From the NCBI RefSeq assembly GCF_006345805.1, contig NC_043018.1, forward strand, positions 24,986,001-25,050,000: a DNA stretch of 64,000 nt, in the 5' to 3' direction. The notes under the pieces were generated by a model. The model did no database searches. It had not been told where the DNA came from and saw only the letters and a program-made list of their open reading frames with translations. Both the position numbers and the translations under genes were made by a program. This DNA comes from Octopus sinensis (lineage: Eukaryota). This document shows positions 12,478-25,289 of this stretch, piece by piece; the stretch's first letter is position 1; the number at the start of each line of letters is the position of its first letter.

Positions 12478-12792
12478 TTGGCTGGGAGTTGAAGTTGAGG
12501 TATCGTCCAGTAAAGGTTGGCTTCTGGTATACGGATGTCCTGAATCCATACTTGGTGCGTGTTATTAATACGTCGAGGAATGCTAGCTGATTGACTTTTT
12601 CTTTTTCTATTGTGAACTGTATGGATGGCTTTATCGGGTTCACATGATCTAATAGCACTTGAACATCTTCCTGGTGGGGCCAGAGTATGAAGGGGTCATC
12701 AACATATCACAGCCATAGGGTTGGTTTTAGTGGTGTTTGTTCCATTTGACTTTAGGATCAACACCACTAAAACCACCAACCCTATGGCTACG
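12478..12792 (-). pseudogene. Penelope-like element reverse transcriptase fragment with inverted 5' piece
   Basis: PLKPTLWL*YVDDPFILWPH..LLDHVN..PSIQFTIEKE..LAFLDVLI..TSVYQKPTFTGRYLNFNS, with YVDD at 12695-12706. An inverted duplicate CACCACTAAAACC..CCCTATGGCTACG lies at ~12752-12792. Confidence 0.9.
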
Positions 12793-13584
12793 ATCAAAGA
12801 CTTTGCAATTTAAAAAAGTAAGTTGAACCGTCCAACCCATGCTAGCATGGAAAGCGGACGCTAAATGATGATGATGATGATGCTGATGAAGAAGAAACTT
12901 TTCAAATATAAATAAAGTGAAAACACACAAAAATAAACATTATTTTCCCTCTTATTGTTTTGTTTTGAAAAATAAAAATATATTTTATGGTTTTGTTGTT
13001 TATATTTTGAATTACATAATTTTTTATGGGGGCACCAAAATCTTTTAAGTGCTTAGGGCCTCAATGGGTCTTAATCCGGCCCTGTGTATATACATACATA
13101 TATATATACATCTCTCTCTCTCTCTCTCGCTTTCTCTCTTTATGCATGCGTGTGTGTGTGTGTGAGTGTGTGTATGTTTTCTTGTCTCGACACCGTGCGA
13201 TAGTTGTATATGGGTGTCCTTTTTTTTCTGTTTGTTCAGATGTATTCTTCCTTACTTTTTTTCTTTTAGTTAAGACAGAAGGGTGTGACCTGGGGGTACA
13301 CTATCTGATATTTCTAGCAATTCACGAATTAACTGGATTATTTCTACATCACCACTGTCATGTCGAACATTCCGTGGAAACCTGTCTAGCCATAAAGAAG
13401 TTTTACCTTGGTTGGGAACGGGTGAAGATTGGTGACAGGAAGGACACCCGGCCGTAATTGAGAACCCACCCCAATAAATCCTGTGCAACCCATGCAAGCA
13501 TGGAAAAGTGGACGTTAAAACGATGACGGTGAGACACAAACACGCACATGTAAACGCGCACTGCTAAATTAATGACTATATATA

Positions 13585-13803
13585 TTTCTTTATGCCCTCA
13601 AGGGGCTAAACATAGAGGGGACAAACAAGGACAGACAAAGGGATTAAGTCGATTACATCGACCCCAGTGCGAAACTGGTACTTTATTTATCGACCCCGAA
13701 AGGATGAAAGGCAAAGTCGACCTCGGCGGAATTTGAACTCAGAACGTAGCGGCAGATGAAATACCGCTAAGCATTTCGCCCGATGTGCTAACGATTCTGC
13801 CAG
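13585..13803 (-). mobile_element. tRNA-derived SINE with Nin/Deu-like domain (family B)
   Basis: Minus strand ..GAGTTCAAATTCCGCCGAGGTCGACTTTGCCTTTCATCCTTTCGGGGTCGATAAATAAAGTACCAG. Further copies at ~16730-16945(+), 20515-20720(-), 20990-21200(+), 24955-25172(+), 25585-25788(+), 43735-43890(+), 50752-50955(+), 51030-51240(+). Confidence 0.9.
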
Positions 13804-14820
13804 ACAGATAAGGAAGGAGGTGAAGAATAATGATAGAAATACGGAACGAAAGAAAAATAAAGGCTAAGAAGGAGAAATAGATGATCAGAAAGTGAGAGTA
13901 CAAATTTCGTACACAGTATTTTTCTAGCAACACCTATTCAACCCTAAGACAAGAACCGCGTATAACCAACATACGCATGTTGTTTGTTGAGTCCCGAATC
14001 AGCTCCGAGCAAACAGACCGATGATTTTAGACAATCTAGCCATGACCATTGCATCTCGCTTCTTCCCACTTTTTTTTTTATTTCTTGCTATTTGTTCAGA
14101 CTTCAGAATATATCTAGGACACATCATACGATATATTCTTCCTTTTCTTTTCCTTCACTTTTTTGGTAATTTCTCTTTAAGTTTCAACAGAAGTGTGCGA
14201 CCTGGGGATGTAGGAATTTCTGATATCCCAAGCAATTCACCAAAACCCCCCCATCACCGCTTCACCAAAATCCCATCTCCTTCTTTAGTTAATTCTTTGG
14301 GTGATTTTCTTTATGTTTAACACACGTAACGACTGCTAAACAAAAACAGAGAGATACAAAGTGCGACAGGGTATATATGAGGAAAATATACACGCTCTTC
14401 TTATACACGTGGTGGAACCGCAGTAATAATGAAGGGCTTTGGCAAACGTGTATATTCATCACAACTACCTGTTAACATTGGTTATACGCTCAAATATATA
14501 TATACATACGCATTCGCATATAGATATGTATACGCACATTGACATATATATATATATATATATTTATAAAACTATCGTTTATGAAAATAATGTACTTTGA
14601 AAACGAGGGTAACCACAATTTAGACACGGTACTGAATGCGCATTTGTATGCATCGAAAATTTATACACACGCGTATGTTGTTGTATAGCTCCCTTTCTCT
14701 CCCTATATACATAAATATATGCATATTTGTATGCATTTATATTCTTGTAGGTGCAGACTGCGGATTTTACACGCGATATCTATTGCATGCACATCTATAT
14801 ACATACATGTATGTGTGTGT

Positions 14821-14865
<45 letters not shown>

Positions 14866-15226
14866 GAGAGAGAGAGAGGGGTGTATACATATGCCTGTGT
14901 GTACATATATACTTCAAAAACGTTTGTAAACAAAAATTTCAAGTAATCTTAAGTGACTATACACTTTGCAAAACATTGTGTACATATGTCTGTGTGTATA
15001 TATATATATATATATAAGTAATACTAAGCAATAGGGGTTTAGCAACGAGTTGCCTTACCACATACCGAATTTAGAAATAGCAGTCAAAGGGTTATAGCTA
15101 TTTCTTCTACTAAAAAGGGAGATCTCAGTAAAAACAGCATTTGGAAGGCACAAACAGGTAAGAGAGAATGAATTGACTGCAATCTATCATACATTTTTTT
15201 AGTTATCCACGGACGTACGTTTCGAA

Positions 15227-15267
<41 letters not shown>

Positions 15268-15350
15268 TGTGTGTGTTTGTGTATTATTAAACAACGCGGT
15301 GCAAAGTGAGATAAAAGAAATATAAAAACAATTAACGATAGGACATTTTG

Positions 15351-15419
<69 letters not shown>

Positions 15420-15568
15420 TATTCCTATCATTACTTAACTAATTAAATCACATAGCTATCAACTAAGACAACTACTACGACTACGAGTAAATAACATAGT
15501 ATCATTATCACGATAAGTATTATCATTATTATTGTTATCGTTACTATTATTATCATTATTATTATTAC

Positions 15569-16010
15569 CTTGAAGTTTCACGTAAATATTAGAAGACGAT
15601 AATTTGTGTGAAGGAGAATAAGGATGGATGACACCTTTTGGTGTAATAATGCGGCCGTTATTGTCTCTCGCGCTATATATATATATATATTTTTTTAAAT
15701 ATATATATATATATATAATGTATAATTTTTTTTTCGTATTTTTTTTTTTTGCTTTCAGAGAATGCTTCTTCCTCGTTTGTTCCGAAGTTGAACGAGGAAA
15801 GGAGGGAAAAAATTAATTTGCAGATCCAGTTTCCGGGTTGACGCCAAAAACTTAACCAGTTCAATCGAAAATCCGAATTGTGAATGATGGAACAGCGTAA
15901 TTTATTCTTCGCTAAATTGATTTGACACTAAAACTATTGTTAAGCAAGAACAGCAACAACAACCACGAAAGTAGCGGAAGAAAGAATAAAGAGAGCGCTT
16001 GTTTTGTTAT
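15569..16010 (-). promoter_or_regulatory. Candidate promoter / non-coding first exon of a minus-strand gene
   Basis: Largely unique, CpG-retaining sequence with ETS-like TTCCGG/CGGAAG motifs. No minus-strand ATG over ~440 nt; ends at an AAG|GTAATA donor (15569). A strong acceptor TCTCTCTGTTTTTGTTTAGCAG lies downstream at 14333. Confidence 0.35.
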
Positions 16011-17103
16011 TGTCACATCAATATTTAATTGTTTTCTCACTCGTTGTGTTTATTATTCAAATTTCGCTCCGCATAAAAGCATAATTGTGAGTCATTAATA
16101 TTTTTTTTCTCGTTGTCATAAGGGATAAAATATTACTTGGGTGGGGTCACCTTACTTTAAATTTTGAGCTACTGCGGCTGGATGAAAAAGCATAGAGAAA
16201 AAACAAATAGCTCGCGGGCCGTCTTATGCGGTCGGTCTCTTGACCTGCTAGAAATAGCAACCTAATTACCCTCAAATTACACATTCTATCGTTTTAAACT
16301 GTAGTGGCGGCGGTGGGGTGTAAATCCACAAAGGACGATACATTTCTTTCAGAACAGGTTTACCTCAACTTACACCGTTCCGAGTTACGTCTTTTGTTGA
16401 CTTTACGTCGTTTTTAAAAGAAATTAATGGGAAAAGAAAATAAACCCCGATTTCAGTCACTTTATCCGGTTTTATGGTCTCAGCGAACAGATTTAATTAA
16501 AAAAAAAAGTAAATACATAATCCAATACTGAAGTGGAAAAAAATCATAAAATACACATAAAAATATATACAAACCATTTATTAAATCAGATAAATAAACT
16601 AATAAATTTTTTTTTTAATGTTTTTTCGTGTTGCGTCATTTTTCGATTTAAGTCGCAGGTTTTGGAACCAGCTACCGACGGAAGTTCAAATATGATTGTA
16701 TTTATACAAAATATGCCAGTGAAGGTATAAGGCGTTGAGTTGACAGAATAGTTAGCATGCCGGACAAAATGTTTAACTGTATTTCGTCCGTCTTCACGTT
16801 CTGAGAGCAAATCCCGCCGAGGTCGACTTTGCCTTTTAATATTTCGGGGTTCGGTGAAATAAGTACCAGTTGAGCACAGGGTTCGATATAACCGACTTAC
16901 CCTACACCTATGAAGTTGCTGGCCCTCTGCCAAAATTTAAAACTATTAAGGGAAGGTTCAATGTATAGAAAATCCCCGCATTATTTGTTCCGACTTAGTA
17001 CGCCGAGGTCAACATTGTTTTTCTTCCTTTCGGAATCGATATATAAAAGCGTTGAGTTTTGTAATTTGCTAACTTCATAAGCACAGGTATAAGAACAAGG
17101 ATC

Positions 17104-17523
17104 GAATCTTTTCGGTTTGAACGGCAGTTTTTTCTAGCGGTGTCATATGAAATTGTCACCCATAATTATGACCCTACTAACGATCTATTGCATTTCAATC
17201 TGTTTTAGGGTTAGGGTTGGTTAGGAGTGGGGTAGGGTATCTTTTTTTCTTCACAAATGTAAATAAACCCAATCTGTTTCTTAAACGAGGGACATTTTCA
17301 TACGGCACAGAATGTTTTTTACCTCAATAGACGTCATTGATTGGTTGAAATTGCCGAAATTGAAGAAAAAGAACAACAAATATCTTACAAACTATACAAT
17401 TTTCTCAATAAAGCCAAGAGAAAACGATGTTTTATAAACACATTCTACCAGTATACGAAGTTTAAAAGTGTTTAGTTACGTGGAAATTATTTTTAAAAAC
17501 TGCCGTTCAAACCGAAAAGATCC
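17104..17523. mobile_element. Merlin-like MITE with internal TTAGGG repeats
   Basis: TIRs G(A)ATCTTTTCGGTTTGAACGGCAGTTTTT / AAAAACTGCCGTTCAAACCGAAAAGATCC; 8-bp TSD CAAGGATC (17096-17103, 17524-17531); TTTTAGGGTTAGGGTT at ~17203. Confidence 0.8.
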
Positions 17524-17989
17524 CAAGGATCAAATAGCCGTAAACTACGAATTTCTATCTCACCGTATATGTGTGTGTGTCCACCACTTGACATCCGGTG
17601 TTGGTGTGTTTACGTCTCCGTAACTTAGCGGTTCAGCAAAGAGAAACCGATAGTATAAGTATCAGGTTTTAAAGAAACAAGTGCTGGGGGGTCGATTTGT
17701 TCGACTAAAAATTCTTCAAGGCAGCGCTCCAGCATGACCGCAGTTTAAGACCTGAAGCGAATAAAATAACGACCAATGCAGGACATTGAATTGGGCAGAA
17801 CTCTGGGTGCTTTTTGGTTATCTCACCCCCATTAAAAAATTTCATTAAAAAACTGGGTTATCTCCCCACTAAAAAATTGAGTTTATGTGACAAGTTTGGA
17901 TTGAAAGAGTTCGATCCTTTTGATTCAATGCTTCAACACATTCTTGACATTTGGCCTCCTCAATAGGAATGGTAGGATTTTTTTCTTTT

Positions 17990-18388
17990 TTCCTTTTATT
18001 TGTTTCAGCCATTTGACTGCGGCCGTGCTGGAGCACCGCCTTTAGTTGAGCAAATCGACCCCAGGACTTATTTTTTGTAAGCCTAGTACTTATTCTATCG
18101 GTCTCTCTTGCCGAACCGCTAAGTAACGGGGTCGTAAACACACCCACATCAGTTGTCAAGCGATGTTGGGGGGACGAACACAGACACAAACATATACGTA
18201 TATATATATATATATATACACACATATATACGACGGGCTCTTTCAGTTTCCGTCTACCAAATCCACTCACAAGGCTTTGGTCGGCCCGAGGCTATGGTAG
18301 AAGACACTTGCCCAAGGTGCCACGCAGTGGGACTGAACCCGAAACCATGTGGTTGGTAAGCAAGCCACTTACCACACAGCCAGTCCTG
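17990..18388 (-). mobile_element. Full-length family A SINE
   Basis: Reverse complement of the 6812-7178 element, with an internal (TA)n/(TG)n tract. Confidence 0.9.
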
Positions 18389-18769
18389 TGTTATAAAAAT
18401 GTCATTAGATTCAATAAAATGCTTAATTTTTTCACGTTTCATGTTTATTAATTTTTCATTTGTCTTTTGTTTTATTGAAAGTAAAACAATTTTTTTCAGT
18501 TGGGGGAGATAACCCAATTTTTTAATGGGGTTGAGGTAACCAAAAAATACCGGACCCTGTTAGAGCATCCGGAGAGATGCCTTGGGGCATTGTGTTATTA
18601 TTGCGTTCCAGCTGTTTGTGTTTCTGACTGCAACGTCAGCGACAAGACTGCTATCGCGGTTGCCTCTTTCTTGGACTGGGGGCATGAAAGGGGGGGGGGA
18701 CTTGCATTCACGGGCAATAGTTTGATCTTACGAAAGAAATAAATAGCTAGATAAATAAATAAAAAAAAT

Positions 18770-19985
18770 TTTTCTACTCTAGGCACAAGACCTGAAATTT
18801 TGGGGGAAGGGGACCAGTCGATTAGATCGACCCCAATGCGCAACAGGTACTTAATTTATCGACCCCGAAAGGATGAAAGACAAAGTCGACCTGGGCGGAA
18901 TTTGAACTCAGAACGTAAACAGAGGAGACAAACAAGGACAGACAAACGGATTAAGTTGATATCGACCCCAAAAGGATGAAAGACAAAGTCGACCTCGGTG
19001 GAATTTGAACTCAGAACGTAACGGCAGACGAAATACCTATTTCTTTACTACCCACAAGGGTCTAAACACAGAGGGGACAAACAAGGACACACAAACGGAT
19101 TAAGTCGATTATATCGACCCCAGTGCGTAACTGGTACTTAATTTATCGACCCCGAAAGGATGAAAGGCAAAATCGACCTCGGCGGAATTTGAACTCAGAA
19201 CGTAACGGCAGACGAAATACCTATTTCTTTACTACCCACAAAGGGCTAAACACAGAGGGGACAAACAAGGACACACAAACGGATTCAGTCGATTATATCG
19301 ACTCCAATGCGTAACTGGTACTTAATTTATCGACCCCGAAAGGATGAAAGGCAAAGTCGACCTCGGCGGAATTTGAACTCAGAACATAGAGGCAGACGAA
19401 ATACCGCTAAGCATTTCGCCCGGTGTGCTAACGATTCTACGAGCTCGCTCTCCTTACGTTGGACAAACATTTCTTTTGGTTCTACGTTTTGAGTTCAAAT
19501 TCCACCGAGGTCAGGTTTGCTTTTCAGTCCTTCGGGATCGATAAAGTACCAATCAAGTACTAACTCTTCTCAGTGTTTCTCAACAAGGTTTGTCTGTCCT
19601 TGTTTGTCCCCTCTGTGTTTAGCCCCTTGTGGGTAGTGAAGAAATAGGTATTTCGTCTGCCGCTACGTTCTGAGTTCAAATTCCGCCAAGGTCGACTTTG
19701 CCTTTCATCCTTTCGGGGTCGATTAAATAAGTACCAGTCACGCACTGGGGTCGATGTAATCGACTTGATCCGTTTGTCTGTCCTTGTTCGTCCCCTCTGT
19801 GTTTAGCCCCTTGTGGGTAGTAAAATAGGTATATCGTCCGTCTTTATATTCTGTGTCTAAATTCCGCAGGAGTCGATTTTGCTCTTTATCCTTTCGGGGT
19901 CGATAAAATAAGTACCAGTTGAGCATTGTGATCGATGTAATCGACTCCGAAATTGCTGGCCTTGTATCAAAACCTGAAATCAATT
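18770..19985. repeat. Tandem multimers of family B SINE in two opposite orientations
   Basis: A ~184-bp unit (19123 vs 19307) repeats on the minus strand over 18770-19450, followed by plus-strand units over 19480-19985. Confidence 0.85.
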
Positions 19986-20849
19986 TTTTTTTCTTCGCTA
20001 AACATTTCACATTAAATATTCCGACTATATCAATAAAATATGATTTAATTATTATATTTTCATCAATTTCATCTAATATTTCCATTAAATTTCTTTAAAT
20101 ATTTCTTGCTATTGAGCTTTCAGATAAATTTATTTATCTATTTCCAATGTTATTTGAATTAACACCAAAATAATGTTTTTTTCATCACAGTGTTTTACGA
20201 GTCTCCCCACCCGCCTTTTAGTTTTAGTAACTCTGTTTCTCCTTTGCAAGATATGTTGATCGTTTTTGAAATTTGAATAAGCAGTAATGGGACAAAAGAA
20301 TGGAGAAATTATTGCTTTTAAATCGAGTATATATATTTTTTATTAATTATGCTTCTTAATTTTATGTTCGTCATTTACATGCTGGGATCGATAAGTTATC
20401 GACAACTCTATGAAGATCAATAATAAAACAAGTTTGCTCTATGTATTGTGAAGTTCAGGAACACTTCGACTGATCAGGCTGCAGGCCTTGGTCTCACGAC
20501 AGCCCCACCACCATTCTACAGCAGGCACAAGGCCTAGAATATTGGGGAAAGCGAAATCATCGATTACATCGAACTCCATTGTTCAATTAGTACTTCATTT
20601 TATCATACTCAAAAGAATAAAAAAGCAAAGTCACCCTCGGCGGAATTCGAACTCAAATCATCAAGACTGACGGAATGCTATTAAAGCCTTTTGTCCGGTG
20701 TGCTAACGTTTCTGCCAGTTTGCTGTCAATAATAATCTTCTCTGACCCCACCCCCACCCCCACCCGCCTTACTATTTAATGACACTTCTTCTATTCCTCT
20801 TGCTGGGGTGAGAGTAATAGTAAGCATAGAGACGGTAAGGACGGTAGCA

Positions 20850-20955
20850 GATTGACAGTTGCAGAAGCTCTACAGGATATTCTATTCCAATCTCCTCCAA
20901 CCATTTGTGTATGTATTTGCTTACGGTTCCCAATGCACCAATAACCTTTACAATT
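20850..20955 (-). pseudogene. RLE-type (R4-like) LINE 3' fragment
   Basis: VIGALGTVSKYIHKWLEEIGI...ELLQ, homologous to the C-terminus of the 21355-22001 element. Confidence 0.65.
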
Positions 20956-21354
20956 TTCATCATCATCATCACCATTATAATTACTATCAAGGTGGTTAAC
21001 TGACAGAATTTTTGGTACGTTTGGACAAGATGCTTAGCGATGTTTCTTCCGGCTCTTTACATTCTGACATCAAATGCCTCCGAGATCAAATTTGCCTTTT
21101 ATCCTTTCTCCGTCGATAAATTAAGTGCCAGTTAAAAACTGAGGTCGATATAATCGTCTTGTCCTATCCCTCAAAAATGGCTTTGTCCTAAAATTAGAAA
21201 AAAAATTATTTTTATTGTCATTCTTGTTATTTTTCTTCTTCATCTTCGTTTTCATATAAACCCAAGGCTACAAGATTCTTGGACGCAAGACAGTGATTTA
21301 TATCGACCTCAATAGATGGCTGGTACTTTATTTAATCGACTTCGGAAATAATAA

Positions 21355-21950
21355 TACGTCATGACAATATGGCAAGATACAAAAGACGCCATGACAATGT
21401 GGCAAGAATGATCCTTTGAGAACTCTGTCGGAATCACGGCCTACAAGGAGCAAAGACGTGGTATCAGCAAACCCCAGGAGTTACCAAAAATGAGAATTGC
21501 AAAATTCTGTGGGATGCAATGACCCAGTGCGATCAGCTGACCAGACATCGGAAACTGGACTTTGTTGTGGTGAAAAAGAAAACTAAGAACATGATAATCG
21601 ACATAGCATGCCCCGGTGACAACAGGATCAATGTGAAAGAAGAAGAAAAAAATAAACAACTATGACGATTCGAAGAGGGAAATACGAAGGTTGTGGTCAA
21701 TGAAGAAAGAGAATAGACGCGATACTAAAAGTAATTGGTGCACTTGGAAAATATCAGCACTCAACTATCAACATGGCTGAAAAAGATCGGTGCAAGTGTG
21801 AAGGTAGAACACCTACCAAAATCAGCATTGCTTGGAACTGCAAGAATTCTTCGCAAGGTTCTTGAAGCATGACTAGTAAAACAAGTGTCACCTTAGTCTG
21901 CTGGCTGTGGATAGCCGACACTTTCCAATATAAGCTGTGAGTTTTAATCC

Positions 21951-22001
<51 letters not shown>
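21355..22001 (+). mobile_element. R4/Dong-like non-LTR retrotransposon 3' end (restriction-like endonuclease) with (TAA)n tail
   Basis: KRRHDNVAR..ENCKILWD..RHRKLD..IIDIACPGD..KEEEKI..VIGALG..LPKSALLGTARILRKVLEA* (stop 21870-21872), frameshifted, followed by (AAT)n at 21951-22001. Confidence 0.85.
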
Positions 22002-22345
22002 CCTTCCTACTGGAGGTACAAAGCCTCAAATTTTGAGCGGGAGGGACTAGTCGATTACATCGACCCAGTGTTTCACTGGTACTTAATTTATCGACCCCGA
22101 AAGGATGAAAGGCAAAGTCGACCCCAGTGGAATTTGAACTCAGGTCGTAAAGACGGGAGAAATACCACTAGGCATTTTGCTCAGCGTGCTATCGATTCTG
22201 CCAGTGCGCTACCTTACGTAATCGACCCCGAAAGGATGAAAGGCAAAGTCGAGCTCGGCGGAATTTGAACTCAGAACGTAACAGCAGATGAAATACTGCT
22301 AAGCATTTGGTCCGGCGTGCTAACGTTTCTGCCAGCTCGCCGCCT
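22001..22345 (-). mobile_element. Family B SINE dimer
   Basis: Two successive Nin-like units on the minus strand. Confidence 0.8.
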
Positions 22346-22769
22346 TTGCACTTTGATCAATGCCGTTGTTTCCTCCTTGAAGCTATACTTGAAGAAAGGA
22401 CCGAGGGATTTGGCCTGAAAGATGAAAAGCTCCATCCAGAAACCTCAATTAAACGAAAAACTAATAATAATAATAAATAATAATTATTGTCGTTATTATT
22501 AAATTCAAATTACCTTTTGTCGTTGACAGGGTGTAACCGAGAGAGTTGGTGTGTGGTAACGGTTGTCCGCCATGGAAATGCTGTTGTCGTTGCTATTGTT
22601 GTTGTTGTTGTTACAGCTGCTGCTAGTACTGCTACAACTACTACTGCTGCTGCTGTTGTTATTGGAACCGGTTTGCACTGGGTGCGACAAATTTCGATCT
22701 GTTTGTAATGTAAATTAATAATTACTCATGAACAGGCCAAGGGACAGCTGTAACACCATATAGGACGAA

Positions 22770-22770
22770 C

Positions 22771-22814
<44 letters not shown>

Positions 22815-22890
22815 CAGCAGCAGCAGCAGCAGTAGTAGTATTAGTAGTAGTAGTAGTAGCAGCAGTAGCAGTAGTAGTAGTAGCAGTAGC

Positions 22891-22953
<63 letters not shown>

Positions 22954-22969
22954 GGTGGTAGTGGTGGTA
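22770..22969. repeat. (TAG)n/(CAG)n/(TGG)n trinucleotide microsatellite
   Basis: Directly visible; source of the poly-T and poly-V ORFs. Confidence 0.95.
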
Positions 22970-23311
22970 GGGATCAATTCAATCTCAGTTACAGACTTTT
23001 TAAACAGTTTGAAACTTACCCAAATACGACAACTTTAATACGGAATAACTTCTAAAATACAAAATATTGTCAAAAACGTTAAGAGTAAACCGTGTTCTAC
23101 GTGACACATTTAACCAGTATCCCAAGTTTCAAACTGTTTAATTAAAAAAAATAATTAATTAAAAAATCTGTAACTGAGATTGAATTTGTCCTGCGGAATC
23201 ATTGAACGAGTTAACTGAAAAGGATTAAAACGTATATCTGTGTGTGTGTACATGTATGTTATGTATGTATGTATGTATGTATGTATGTATGTATGTGTGT
23301 GTGTATATGTA

Positions 23312-23342
<31 letters not shown>

Positions 23343-23952
23343 ATGTATGTATGTATGTATGTATGTATGTATGTGTATGTATGCATGTGTGTGTGTATGT
23401 ATGTATGTATGTATGTGTGTGTGTATGTATGTATGTATGCATGCATACATGTGTGTATGTATGTATGTATGCATGCATGCATGTAGGTATGTATGTATGT
23501 ATGTATGTATATATGTATGTGTGTATGTATGTATATATGTATGTGTGTGTGTATGTATGTATGTATGCATACATGTGTGTATGTATGTATGTATGTATGA
23601 TGTATGTATGTGTGCATGTATGCATGTATGTATGTGTATGTGTGTGTGTGAGAAAATGTGAGAATCTGTATAGTTGCTTGCCCTGCCAAATCTCTCTCAA
23701 TGTCACACGCTAACATTATATAAACGAGGGGACACATTGGACACACGCACACACACACACACACACACACACGTATGTATTCCCTATAAAAGAACTTCCT
23801 GCTTTTCTGATCTTTTCAGTCTCAGTCACAATAGTAGTAATGTCCCAAACCGACAACATGAAGGGAGAGGGGGGGAGAACTGGACACATGTGCTTATCTA
23901 CGAAACTTCTCTCATTATAAGTATATATACACACATACGCATGCATGCGTAT

Positions 23953-24010
<58 letters not shown>

Positions 24011-24261
24011 GCACACGCACACATAAACAATCAAGAAATCCCAGTGGAGGAAGTTTGTAAGCCTGAAGTATTGAGTACTGTCGACAAAAGGTGGACAGTA
24101 TACACTATGAAACAACGATTCATTGCCATCGAGTGTTATACACTTTTTCCAATATCGAAGCTGCAAAGAAATTCGATCAGCTGATAGTTTCTGTACAGGT
24201 CAGTGTTAGCACCGAGCATTTGGAGCTCGCCTTTTCACTTGTTCCACTTCTTCAATTTGGT

Positions 24262-24883
24262 TCATACATACATACATACATACATACATACATACATACA
24301 TACATACATACATACATACGCGCATACAGACATACGTGCATACATACATACATACATAAATACATACATACATACATACATACATACATACATACATACG
24401 TGCATTCATACATACATACACACACACATGCATACATACATACATATATACATACGTGCATACATACAGACATACATACGTACATATATGCATTCATAAT
24501 ACATATATACACACACATACATACATATATTAAAGACATACATACATACATACAGACATACATACGTACATATATGCATTCATAATACATATATACACAC
24601 ACATACATACATATATTAAAGACATACATACATACATACAGACATACATACGTACATATATGCATTCATAATACATATATACACACACATACATACATAT
24701 ATTAAAGACATACATACATACATACAGACATACGTACGTACATATATGTATTCATAATACATATATACATACATATATTACAGACATACATACTTATGTA
24801 CGTACATACATTCATACATACATACGCACATACATAATACGTACATACATACATGCATACATACAAGTATATATACATATACT
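24262..24883. repeat. (TACA)n microsatellite with embedded 86-bp higher-order repeat
   Basis: CATTCATAATAC recurs at 24491, 24577 and 24663, with a variant at 24749. A mirror (TATG)n block lies at 23240-23650. Confidence 0.9.
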
Positions 24884-25223
24884 TCAAAGATTCCGTTCTA
24901 CGTTCGAAAAAAGATCATCTAATTTTTATCGTTCAATACACATTTCGACGCTTAAGGCGGCGAGCAGGCAGAATCGTTAGCACGCCGGGCGAAATGCGTG
25001 GCCGTATTTCGTCTGCCGTTATGTTCTGAGTTCAAATTCCGCCGAGGTCGACTTTGCCTTTCATCCTTTCGGGGTCGATAAATTAAGTACCAGTTACGCA
25101 CTGGGGTCGATGTAATCGACTTAATTCGTTTGTTTGTCCCCTCTGTGTTTAGCCCCTTGTGGGTAATAAAGAACATATAAAAGAAAATGTTAGCTTGTTT
25201 ATATATATGCACGCATGCATATA

Positions 25224-25289
<66 letters not shown>

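Noticed and set aside
9281-14054. Resemblance of MQWSWLDCL..AFAVLALNAQ to the thiamin pyrophosphokinase (TPK1) N-terminus
   Set aside because: The expected downstream motifs (ADGGAN, GDFDS, DQD.TD) were not found, so no gene symbol is assigned.
18770-19985. CRISPR-like array
   Set aside because: The units are whole SINE copies without unique spacers; the context is eukaryotic and there are no cas genes.
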